A stretch of DNA of 64,000 nucleotides from Dehalococcoidia bacterium (GCA_965247895.1 OZ252046.1:951140-1015139); one strand, 5' to 3'. Shown: positions 38,007 to 48,891, numbered from the stretch's first letter. Made by a program: numbers and translations. The notes: generated from the sequence alone by a model not told the origin.

Positions 38007-41000
38007 CTAGTCTCCGGCGCCCGTACCCGATCCGGGGGTGTACTCGACCACGTACTGCTCGCGCACCCACGAGGTGACGCCGTCCGCCTGCACACGCAGC
38101 CAGCCGGCGCAGTCGCCGCTGCCCTCCTCGAGGACCTCGACCTCCGTGCCGTCGGACCAGCCGCCGATCTTGGACACCCGCGCGCCATCGGCGCAGGCGC
38201 TGCGGTACGAGACGCCGTCCCCGCCCGTGTTCGCGATCACCATCCAGATCTCCGGCGCCGAGGCCATGCCGCTGGACTCGACCACGTACTGCTCTCGCAC
38301 CCACGAGCTGACGCGGCCAGCCTGCACACGCAGCCAGCCCGCACAGTCGCCGCTGCCCTCCTCGAGTATCTCGACTTCCGTGCCGTCGTACCAGCCGCCG
38401 ATCTCGGAGAGGCGTGCGTCGTCGGAGCACCGGTTGCGGTGCGAGACACCGTCGCCGCCCGTGTTCCCGATCACCCACCGGATCTGCGTGGCGGCAGCGT
38501 CCTCCGTAGCCGGGGTCTCATCCGCAGCCGGGGTCTCATCCGCAGCCGGGGTCTCATCCGCAGCCGGGGTCTCGTCCGCAGCCGGGGTCTCGTCCGCAGC
38601 CGGGGTCTCGTCCGCAGCCGGGGTCTCGTCCGCAGCCGGGGTCTTGTCCGCAGCCGGGGTCTCGTCCGCAGCCGGGGTCTCATCCGCAGCCGGTTCATCG
38701 TCCGTGGCACTCGGCGTCGGCGCAGCCTCGGCGGGCCCGAGCAGGTATTCCTCGCGCACCCACGAGGTGACCCCGTCGGCCTCCGCCCAGAGCCAGCCGG
38801 CGCAGCGCCCGCGGCCGTCGGCGAGCACCTCGATCTCCGTGCCGTCTGCCCAGCCGCCGATCTCGGAGAGGCGCGCGGCATCGGCACACTCGTTGCGGTG
38901 CGAGACGCCATCGCCGCCCGTGCTCCCGATCGCTCGCCCGGTCTGCTCGCCCGCGGCGGCGGGAGAGAACCCGAGAACGTAGTCCGTGTGCACCCACGAG
39001 GTGGCATCGTCGGCCTGTACCAGGAGCCAGCCCTCGCAGCGCCCGCGGCCCTCGCCCAGCACCTCGACTTCCGCGCCGTCCGACCAGCCGCCTACCGCGG
39101 AGACGCGTGCCTCAGCAGCGCAGTCGGTGCGGTGCGAGACGCCGTCGCCGCCGGTGTTGCCGATCACTGGCTGGGCCTGCGTATCCGGCGCCACGCCTGT
39201 ACCTGGCGTTGGCGTCGGGGCCGGCGTGGCGGTGGGCGTGGGGGCCGGCGTGGCGGTGGGCGTGGGGGCCGGCGTGGCGGTGGGCGTGGGGGCCGGCGTG
39301 GCGGTGGGCGCCGGGGCCGGCGTAGCGGTGGGCGCCGGGGCCGGCGTGGCGGTGGGCGCCGGGGCCGGCGTAGCGGTGGGCGCCGGGGTCGGCATCGGCA
39401 GATCGTGCTGGGCGACGAACGGTGTGCTGGGAGGAACGCCCTCGGGGAACAGATCCACGAACGGGCGGTTCACGAGCTCGGTCCCCTCGATGAGCAGCGG
39501 CACCCACTCCCCTTCGGGGTCGTCCCAGACCGCTATCAACTCGAACTCGCGCATGCACTCCTGGAGCTCCGCTACGCTCCCGCCCGCGTAGATGGTGAGA
39601 TCGAAGCGGCCTCCCCTCACGCCGATCAGGCACTCGGCGGGCGTCGGGAGAGCGCGCTGCGCGACGAACGGAGTGCTGGCGGGAACGCCATCGGGGAACA
39701 ACGCGACGAACGGGCGATTCACGAGCTCGGTCCCGCCGATCAGCAGCGGCACCCACTCCCCTTCGGGATCATCCCAGACCGCCATCAACTCGAACTCACG
39801 CATGCAGTCCCTGAGCGCCGCCAGGCTCCCGCCCGCGTAGATGGTGAGGTCGAAGCGGCCTTCGGTCAGGCCAATCAGGCACTCGCCCTCGGGCTCCGCG
39901 ACTACCGGCGCCTCGGTGGGCGTCGGCAGAGCGCGCTGGGCGACGAACGGAGTGCTGGCGGGAACGCCATCGGGGAACAACGCGACGAACGGGCGATTCA
40001 CGAGCTCGGTCCCGCCGATCAGCAGCGGCACCCACTCCCCGTCGGGATCGTCCCAGACCGCCATCAACTCGAACTCGCGCATGCAGTCCCTGAGTTCCGC
40101 CAGGCTCCCGCCCGTGTAGATGGTGAGGTCGAAGCGGCCTTCGGTCAGGCCAATCAGGCACTCGCCCTCAGGCTCCGCGGCTACTGGCTCCTCGATCGGC
40201 GGCTCGACAACCGGGGGCTCCTCGATCGGCGGCTCGACAACCGGGGGCTCCTCGATCGGCGGCTCGACGACCGGGGGCTCTTCGACGGGCGACTCGACAA
40301 CCGCCACAATCTCGATCTGGACGCGGTAGGTCCTGGTCCGGCTGCCGTCCTCCGAGGTCACCGTGACCGTGATCTCGCTGCCGTCCAGCAAGACCTGGTG
40401 CCCGTTCCGCGCGTTGCCGTCCGCGTCGTCGGGCGCGATGACGATCGTGGCGTCGTCCTGCACCGCCACGGCCGTGACCGTCGTCTCGGTCGCGCCATCG
40501 GCGGGGATGCCCGTGTACTCGGTGCGGTAGCTCGCGAACTCGCCGATCTCGACGTCGCTCAGCGTCAGCGAGGCGAGCCGCGCGTCGAACGCGGCCGGCA
40601 TGTTGTAGGTGTAGATCTTGTCGTCGTTGGCATCGACGACGTACATCAGGCCGCCGTCGGACCAGATGCCGCGCGGGCTGTTGTTGCCGGCGCCCCTCAG
40701 CTCCGTGAAGTCCTCGTCGGATTCGCGAGCGAGCCCGCCGTTCTCGAGGTGGTAGGCGAAGATCTTCCGCTCCCCGTCGTCCGAGACCCAGATCGCCACG
40801 CCATCGGACCAGATGCCTTGCGGATCGTCGTTCGCGCTCGCCAGCGCGAACTCGCCGAGGCTTTCGCCGCTGGCGAGGTCATACCTGACGATGATGTCCC
40901 TGCGGGCATCGAGCACCCACATGGCGTCGCCGTCCGACCAGATACCGCGGGCATCGCCGTTCCTGGAGGACAGAACGAACTCGGCATCCCCGACGCGGTC

Positions 41001-44000
41001 GCCGCTCTCCAGGTCGTAGGCGAAGAGCCGCTCCTGGCCGCTGTCCGAGACCCACATCGTCTCGCCGTCGGACCAGACGCCGCGGGGGGCGCGGTTGTCT
41101 TCGGCGAGCTCGAACTCGAGGTCCTCAAGGCGGTCGCCGCTCCAGCGGTCGTAGGCGAAGACGCCGTCGTTGGCGCCGTCGCCGTTCTGGCCCACCCACA
41201 GCACCTCGCCGCGGCCCCAGAGACCCGTCGGATCGTCGTTGGCGGGATCGAGGTCGATGTCACCCGTCACGTGCCACTCGAAGTCCTCGTCGCTCGGGGT
41301 GGGGCCGATGGGGGTAAAGGGGATGAAGGGGATGGTGCCGCCACCGGTGTTGGTGTTCCCGCCGGTGTTCCCGGGGTTGTCCCAGTTGTGCTCGATGACG
41401 TCGGTGACGGTGATCGTCACCGTGATCTCGGCGGTCGCGAGGGACGGATCCGTCGCCGTGACAATCACGGTGTAGCTCGACTTCTCCTCGTAGTCGAGGA
41501 AGGTCGAGGTCCGCAACTGGCCGGACAGCGGGACGATAGCGAAGGAGTCTCCGTCCGTACCGCTGAGGCTGTAGGTCAGCACCTTGCCTTCGGGATCGGT
41601 GGCGATGACCGGGAGCCCGATGTTCACGTTCGGGGCCGTCTCCTCCGGCACGCTGCGCTGTCCCGTTTCGCTCGAGGGGAAGGTGGGGGCGTTGTTGCTG
41701 GTCGGCTCGGCGAGGACCGCGTTCAGTGTCCGCTGGACCTGGTCGGCACCGGTCACCGCGTCGGTGTAGTCGGCGGTGACGCGGATGACGTCGCCGACAT
41801 CGTCCGCGACCGGCGCGTACGAGGACGATGAGGTATTCGGCGTGGTCTGATGCGTCAGGGTCGTCCAGGTGACCTGGTCCGGGGACTTCTCCCAGGTCCA
41901 TGTCGTGACGGACACGCCGCCGTCGGGGTCGTCCACGGTTGCGAGCAGCGCCGTGCCCACCTGCGGTTGCTCCGAGGAGAAGAGGAGCTGGCCGTCGTCC
42001 TCGGCGTTGGTGATCGTGACGGTGATCTGCTCGATCGTCATGCTCTCGCGGTCACCGCTCCCGCTCATCGCCATGACCGTCACGCGATAGACGTTACTGT
42101 CGTCGACGCTGCGGGGATCCTCGTAGTCCGCGCCGTGCGCCGCCCTGAAGGACAGCACTCCGGCACTGGTGATCGCGAACATCCGCCCGTCGTCCTCGGG
42201 AACTGCAGCCTTGAGGATGAAGGTAACGCTGTCCTGGGTATCGGGATCCTCGGCCACCACCGTCCCGACGGCCTGCGTGTTCTCCGCGACGGTGAGTCCG
42301 GGCGTGCTGAACGTCGGGCTGTTGTTGGTGATGTTCTTGACGGGGAGATCGGTCAGCGTCCCCGCAGGAGTTCCGTCGTCGTCCTGCAGCGGGCTCGTCT
42401 GCGGTGGCTGGTAGCTCACGGTGACCGGCTCGCCACCGACGACCGCCGACGCCAGGGTCAGCGTCACCGTCATCCCGCTGACCGACACGGTGTTCACCGC
42501 GCGTGGCACGGTGTCCACCTTCACCGTGTACGCCGGCTCCGAGGCCTCATCGAGCGCCTTGTTGTAGGTGAGCGTCAGCGTTTCGCCGTCCACCACTGCC
42601 GAGTCATTGGTCGAGACAAGCGACGGGGCACGTCGGTGTTGTTCGTGATGGGAACGTCCGTGAGCGGCGCCGCGTCTTCCCCGTCCAGGTCTTGCAGGGG
42701 ATCCGTCGAGGGCGGCACGTCGTAACTCAGACGCACGGTCTGGCCAGCCAACACGGGCGTGGAGAGCATCAGCGTTACGGTCACCTCGCTGATCTCGACG
42801 TCGCTGACCGTGTGCGTCGTGCTGTCGGCGGTCACCGTGTACGTGGTCGTCGCCGGCTCCGAGTCCGGGTCGAGGGCCTCGCTGTACATCAGCGTCAGCG
42901 TGTCGCCGTTGACGACGCCGCTCAGGTGCACGTAGACGGGCGGGTCCGGCTGGGTGCTGTTCGTGACGGGGTGGTCCCTGAGCGCCACCGCGTCGGCGCC
43001 TTCGGAGTCCTGCACCGGGCTCTCGTCCGGCGTGTAGCTCACGAGGGCGATGTCGCTCGCCACCACGGCCGGGTCGAGCGTGAGCTTCACGGTGCTCCCG
43101 CTGACCACCACGGCGGTCACCACGTGGTCACTCGTCGAGTCGTTGACCGTGACGGTGTAGTCCTCCGGGTCCGGCTGCGAGCCGGTGTCGAGCGCCTCGC
43201 TGTAGGTCAGTGTGAGCGTGTCGCCGTCGACGGTCGCGTCGGAGATCGACGGCGGCGCGTTGGTGTTGGTGCTCGACCCGCAGACGGTGAGGCCGTAGAA
43301 CTCGAAGTTGTCGGGGTCGACCATGAACCGAAGGTCGGTGGTCTCGACATCGAGCAAGAGCGGCGGCACGCAGCCTGTCCATGCGTTGGCGCCAAGATTC
43401 AGCCTTCGCAGTCCGGGCAGCAGTTTCTCGAGTTCCGATGGGATCGATCCCGTGAGCAGATTGTCACGCAAGTCCACGTCCGTGAGCGGCAAGCTGCCAA
43501 GTCCCGGTGGGAGAGTCCCCGTGAACCCGTTCCCATAAAGCGTCAAGGATCCCAGCTCAGAAAGTTCGGTGATCTCTGTCGGTATGGGCCCGGAGAATCT
43601 GTTCCCATGCAGGCTCAACGTCATCAGCTTGGTGAGGTTCTTGATCTCGGCCGGGATCGTTCCCGTGAGGCCGAGTCCACCGTGGATGTTCTTGTTGCCG
43701 TGGAGACGCAGCGTGCGCAGCTCCGTGAGGTCCCATATCTCCGACGGTATGTCGCCGTCGAGGTTGTTTCCCCCTAGATCCAGGTGCTGCAACGTCTCTT
43801 TGAGCTTCCCCAGCTCCGACGGGATCCCGGGTTCGTAGTACAGATTCCGGGGGTCGTCGTAGTTGAGTGGACTGCTGAACCTGTTGTAACTGAGATTGAG
43901 CGTTACCAGATTCGGAAGGTCCCCGAGTTCCGGAGGGATCGGACCGGACAGCTGGTTCTGCTTCAGGTTTATCGTGACCAAACCCGTGAGCACCCCGATG

Positions 44001-44452
44001 GCTGCCGGCATCCTCCCGTTTAGCCGGGGCGGCGTCGTAGGAGTGCCACCGCCCGAATCCAGAATTATCGAAGTCACCCGCCTGGGCGAGCCCCCGGCGG
44101 TGATCCCCTCCCACGTCGATATTTCCTTGCTGGCGCTCCAGTCGAGCCGTCGCCGGACGTTGCTGGTGCCCTCGAGCGTCTCCTTCAACCCCGCCAGGAC
44201 CCTGCAATCAGCGACAAGCTCGGCGTTGTCCGCGGCATCCTCGACAATGACGCCGTCGTCGCAAGCTTCCGGATCCACCGGTGTCGCCGGCACATCCACT
44301 GCCAGGGCCGTCTGCTGCACGGCCAACATGGCGACCGCGACCGCGACGACGAGGAGCCAGCGGCTCACGAGGCGCCTCGCAGTGTGCTGTTGCCCGCGAG
44401 TGCGGGGACGCGGGCGTGGACCTGCTCCGCGTCGCGAGGGTCTGCGGCGCAC
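38007..44452 (-). CDS. Giant (~2150 aa) secreted surface protein C. N to C: signal peptide; plant-type LRR N-cap + ~8 LRRs; >=5 Ig-like 'GDTLTLTYSEALD' beta-sandwich repeats; cadherin-like modules; WSDG beta-propeller; (VVEPPIEEPP)n; 3x ~95-aa Cys-containing domain; (TPAPTA)n; (DETPAA)n; 4x SH3b-like domains. A frameshift near 42618..42628 splits it into track ORFs 42575..44452 and 38007..42596.
   Basis: LRRs: LTGLVTINLKQNQLSGPIPPELGD, LTKLMTLSLHGNRFSGPIPTEITE. N-cap CDDGVIV...ADCRVLAGLKETL...W.GIT. Junction: the 625-aa frame ends ...PITNNTDVPRRLSRPMTRQWWTAKR*. The -1 frame reads ...SLVSTNDSAVVDGETLTLTYNKALDE, matching the intact repeat junctions. Propeller blades GVWSDGETMWVSDSGQERLFAYDL and others. 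Confidence 0.65.
38505..38700. repeat. About 11 tandem copies of an 18-bp unit (cagccggggtctcatccg) encoding (DETPAA)n in gene C
   Basis: Read directly. Confidence 0.8.
39405..40160. repeat. Three near-identical ~240-bp tandem copies encoding a ~95-aa Cys-pair domain (AEPEGECLIGLTEGRFDLTIY.GGSLAELRDCMREFELMAVWDDP.GEWVPLLIGGTELVNRPFVALFPDGVP), flanked by (TPAPTA)n at 39196..39396 and a 30-bp x3.5 repeat at 40187..40300
   Basis: Read directly from the translation of the 38007..42596 ORF and the underlying DNA. Confidence 0.75.
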
Positions 44453-44658
44453 AGGTGCACCGGGTGCTGCGAGTCATTGCCAGCGTAGGGGACGCGAGGC
44501 ACCAAGGGGCAACCCTACGGACTATCCCCCACCGCCTGAGTATTGTACACGCGCCTACCCGGTATCGCCAATGCAGGCATCCCGGCATCGGCGCGGCTGA
44601 ACTGGTCCTGGGAACGCGCCCGTGTGGAATCGGAGGTCGACCGCCTGGCCTCGGGCGA

Positions 44659-46982
44659 CTACCCCTCGACGGTCAGCCGCGGCAGGATGCGATCGAGCCA
44701 GCCCGGCAGCCACCAGTTGCGCTCGCCCAGCAGCGCCATCGTCGACGGCACCAGCAGCATCCGCACCACCGTCGCATCGAGGAACACCGCGACGGCGAGG
44801 CCCAGCCCGAACATCTTGAGCGTGCGGAAGTCCTCGAACACGAAGCTGCCGAAGACGACGACCATGATCGCGGCGGCGGCGGTGATCAGTTGCGCCGTCG
44901 AGGCGAGCCCGTCGGCGACGGAGTCGATCGCCTTGCCCGTGCGCTGGTACGCCTCCCGCACGCGTGAGAGCAGGAACACCTCGTAGTCCATCGAGAGCCC
45001 GAAGACGATGGCGAACAGCATCATCGGGATGAACGGGTCGATCGGCCCACCGGCGATGCCGATCAGCGAGCCCAGCCAGCCCCACTGGAAGATCGCCACG
45101 ACCACGCCGAAGGCCGCCGCGATCGAGAGCAGGTTCATGAGCACGGCCTTGATCGGCACGATGATCGAGCGGAAGACAACCATCAGCAGCACGAACGAGA
45201 GCGCGAGCACCGCGCCGACGAACAGCGGGGTGCGCCCGGACAGGTAGGTTGTGAAGTCGATGCTCGATGCCACCGAGCCGGTGACGTTGACGTCCAGCGT
45301 GCTGCCGGCGACGGCGGACGGTACCACCTCGCCGCGCAGATTCCTCACCAGGTCGGACGTTGCCGCGTCCTGCGGGGCCGTCTCCGGGACGACCTCGATC
45401 AGGTAGGCGGAAGCGTTCGCGGGGTCGGAGAGATCGCTCGGCAGCGGGCCGGTCGCGAGCGCCACACCGTCGGCGTTGCCGAGCGCCACGAGGAGCGGCT
45501 CGAGCGCCGCGCGGTCCTCCGCGACAGTGGGCTGGGCGGTGATGATCAGCGGCCCGTTGAAGCCGGGCCCGAAGCCTTCGGCCAGCAGATCGTAGGCGCG
45601 CCGCGTCGTCGTCTCCTCGGGGTTGTTGCTTTCGTCGGGGAAGTTGAGGTGCAGGGAAGGGATGGGGACGGCCAGCGTCAGCAGCAGCACAACTCCGACG
45701 GACAGCCCCACCCAGGGATGCGCCTGGACCAGCCGGCTCCAGCGCCAGGCGAGCGTGCGTTGCAGCGGCCGCGGCGCGCGGCGCGGGACAATCGCTCGCA
45801 GCGGCGGCAGCACGGACCCGGCCAGCAACACCAGCAGCGCCAGTGGCACGCCCAGCAGCAGCGGCCGGAACCCCAGACCCACGCCGAGCAGCGCCATCGC
45901 CCCCAACCCGGCGGCGATCAGTCCTCGCCAGCGCGTGATCTCGATACGCTCGCGTACGAACCCGATCAGCGCGGGCAGCAGCGTCACCGACGCGATCATC
46001 GTCGCGGCAACCGTCAGCGTCGCGCTGATGGCCAGCCCGGTCACGAAGGGAAGCCCGACCAGGACCATGCCAAGCAGCGAGATCACCACCGTCGTCCCGG
46101 CGAAGATGACGGAGCGCCCCGCGGTGTCCATCGCCCGGGAGAGCGGCCACACCGGTCCACCGCCGCCAGTGTGGATCCCGTCGCGGTAGCGGCTGACGAT
46201 GAACAGCGCGTAGTCGATGCCGACGCCGAGCCCGATCATCGCGCCGATCGACACCGCGAACTCGGGAATCGCGAGCAGGTTCGAGAGCAGCGAGGTGAGC
46301 GCCGCGCCGACGCCGACGCCGGCGCCCGCCACTGCGATCGGCAACCCCATCGCCAGCACCGAGCCGAACGCCAGAATCAGCACGACGACGGCGAAGGCGA
46401 GGCCGATGAACTCCGACTCGGGCGTCTCGAACTGCGCAAGCGCGTCACCGGCGATCTCAACCTGCAGGCCGGGCTGATCCGGCGCAAGCGGCCGATCCCG
46501 GCTCCGATCTCCGATGCCCGCCCGAAGTCGACATCCGGGGAGAAGTTCACGTTGGCGTACGCGATGCGGCCGTCGGCGCTGATCTGATGCAGTCCCTCCG
46601 GCGCGTACGGACTGCTTACGGTCACGCCCTCGATCGCCGCGACCTCCTCCAGCATCTGCTCGATGGCGGCGCGCACCTGCGGGTCGTGGACACCGGACTC
46701 GGCGCGGAAGACGATCGCCCCGCTGGCGCGGCTGGCGAGTTCGCCGAAGTGCTCCTCGAGCACCTCCCGTCCGTTGCGGCTATCGGATGCGGGTGCGTCG
46801 AACTGGGTATCGAACCGCGAGCCCACCGCAAACATCGCGACGACCACCGCGGCGATCAGCGCGACCCAGACCGCGAGCGTCTTGCGCGGATTGCTGAAAC
46901 ACCAGACGCCGAGCCGGGCAAGCATCGGATCCCCCGTGCGGGCGGGCGCATCGCCGAGGAGGCAGGCAGAGCGCGCACCCAT
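44659..46982 (-). CDS. MMPL-family (RND superfamily) membrane transporter, interrupted by a single-base frameshift near 46478..46490. Track ORFs are 46377..46982 (N-terminus) and 44659..46383.
   Basis: N-terminus MLARLGVWCFSNPRKTLAVWVALIAAVVVAMFAVG...NFSPDVDFGRASEIGAGI. Then the frame switches to ...LAPDQPGLQVEIAGDALAQFETPESEFIGLAFAVVVLILAFGSVLAMGLPIAV. The Arg/Ser-rich tail of the upstream ORF is junk. Confidence 0.7.
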
Positions 46983-47081
46983 GCCGGATCGGCGCGCAGC
47001 CGCCCCAGGTGGCTCATGTACCCGTGAAGATTCACCCTACCAGCGCCGCCCCAAACAGGCATGCCGCTGACGGCCGCGCCA

Positions 47082-47630
47082 CTACGCGGGCGAGGCGATC
47101 CGTTGCACCTGCTCGCGCCAGTCGTCGGCGGCGAGGTCCACGATCTCCGCCTGCGGAGGCTTCCCCGCCTCGAGCGTGAGGTAGGCGACGTGGCCGAGGC
47201 GCGGGCTCATGTTGCGCGGCAGCGTCGCGCTGCCTGGATTGACGACGAGGATCTCCTCGAGCCAGTCGATCCGCTCGTAGTGGGTATCGCCGCAGACGAT
47301 GATGTCCGGCCGCGCGCCGCCCAGGTACTGGTTGAGCAGCCGCTGCAACTCCCAGTTGAGCGGCTCGAAGATGTGCAACAGCGCGATCGAGAAGCCTTCC
47401 AGTTCGAGGAAGTGGACCGGCTCGATGCGCGGGTCATCCTTCAGGTGCGGGTCGTGGTTGCCCTCGGCGGCATAGATCGGCGCGATCTGCTCGAGTTCGT
47501 CGAGCACCCGCGCGACCACCAGATCGCCGGCGTGGAAGATCAGGTCGACGCCTTCCAGCGCCTCGATGATCTCGGGGAAGATCCGCGGCGCCTCGGGGAC
47601 GTGCGTGTCGCTGAGAATGCCGATCCTCAC
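47082..47630 (-). CDS. Metallophosphoesterase (YfcE/MJ0936-type phosphodiesterase)
   Basis: Motifs ILSDTHV, HAGD and GNHD. Confidence 0.85.
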   Translation of the reverse strand: MRIGILSDTHVPEAPRIFPEIIEALEGVDLIFHAGDLVVARVLDELEQIAPIYAAEGNHDPHLKDDPRIEPVHFLELEGFSIALLHIFEPLNWELQRLLNQYLGGARPDIIVCGDTHYERIDWLEEILVVNPGSATLPRNMSPRLGHVAYLTLEAGKPPQAEIVDLAADDWREQVQRIASPA

Positions 47631-47637
47631 GCCGGCC

Positions 47638-48786
47638 TCAGGACGCGGCGCGCGAGGGCAGCGCGACGACCACCGGACCCGGACCGACGGAGACGCCCTG
47701 CGACATCTCCGAGCGGATCTCCAGCTCCACCAGGTGCTCGCCGTTCTCCACCCACTTGCGCTTGACCTCGCCGTGGGTGGTCACGGTCTCCCCGACGACG
47801 TTGAAGATGTTCATGCGGAACGGGCCGGTCTTCTTGAAGCGACCCGCCAGCCCGACGTATTCGCGCGCGCAGCGCTCCCACCAGCCCTGGATGAAGCCGT
47901 TGTTGGCGTACATCTCCGGCGCGCCGGTCGCGATCGAGACCGGGCTGTTGTGGTGGATCTGGTTGAAGTCGCGGTTTGCCCCGGCCTCGACGACGAGGCG
48001 GGCGATCGTGACGTTGATCGCGATCGGCGGGACCGGGTCGCCCTCCTGCACGTCCTCGAAGTAGCGCTGCTGCGACCAGTCGACGGGGCTCGCCTCGCCG
48101 ACCTGCACGTTGCGGATCGCCAGCAGATCCTCCTCCTCGGCCTCGGCGGCGTCGTCCTCCGGAGGCGGAGGCGCCGAGGCGGACGGCCGAGGTGTCTCGA
48201 AGGCGACGTAGCGGTAGCCGCCGTTGCGCAGCAGCGCGACCAGCTCGCCGCGCTGATTGACGACCTGGCGCTGCCAGATCATGAACGCGCCGCGGCCCAC
48301 GCGCGTCTCGCGCGGCAGGCAGGAGACCAGCTCGCGGCCCTTCACCGTGAGGCGATCGCCGACGACCGGCGGCTGGTGGTACTCGATCTCGATGTCGGTG
48401 GCGAAGCCTGCCGTCGTCGGCGGGTCCGGCGGCTCCGGCATCACCGGCCCGCGCACACGCGGGATGTCGACGTGCGGGTGCGCCAGCGGGTAGCGCGTGC
48501 CCTCGCCCGGCCGCCAGATGCCGGGGTCGATCCAGGTGGAAGAGACGCCGCTGTGCGGCGCGAGGATGCCGGCGTAGCCCTGCGCCTTCGCCACCTCCTC
48601 GTCGTAGTGCAGCGGGCACGAGAACTCGAGCGGCTCGCAGTAGCGGCGGATCGTGGCGCGCTCGATCGCGTCGATGGCGGTCGACTCGATGCCGCCGGAG
48701 AAGTCCTGCCCGACGACATCGACCGTGGGCTGCCAGGCTTGCGTCCAGTCTTCGCTCATCGAGTCACTCCTCTGCACGCGCGCCAC
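47638..48786 (-). CDS. Double hot-dog fold MaoC-family (R-specific enoyl-CoA) hydratase/dehydratase
   Basis: Two hotdog halves. The C-terminal half carries a MaoC-like motif region. Confidence 0.8.
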   Translation of the reverse strand: MARVQRSDSMSEDWTQAWQPTVDVVGQDFSGGIESTAIDAIERATIRRYCEPLEFSCPLHYDEEVAKAQGYAGILAPHSGVSSTWIDPGIWRPGEGTRYPLAHPHVDIPRVRGPVMPEPPDPPTTAGFATDIEIEYHQPPVVGDRLTVKGRELVSCLPRETRVGRGAFMIWQRQVVNQRGELVALLRNGGYRYVAFETPRPSASAPPPPEDDAAEAEEEDLLAIRNVQVGEASPVDWSQQRYFEDVQEGDPVPPIAINVTIARLVVEAGANRDFNQIHHNSPVSIATGAPEMYANNGFIQGWWERCAREYVGLAGRFKKTGPFRMNIFNVVGETVTTHGEVKRKWVENGEHLVELEIRSEMSQGVSVGPGPVVVALPSRAAS

Positions 48787-48891
48787 GGCGGCGGCTCCGC
48801 AGTTCGTAGCGAAGGGCCGGGCGCGGTGTCAATAGCATGGACCACGCACCGGTACTGTGCGCCCGCACGGGAGAGGCACTATCCTGCCCTC

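Noticed and set aside
37956-41831. 1291-aa ORF on the plus strand (with companion ORF 38038..38982)
   Set aside because: It is antisense to gene C's repeat region. The translation is Arg/Gly/Ala-rich low-complexity sequence that mirrors the sense-strand repeats. This is a typical high-GC antisense artefact.
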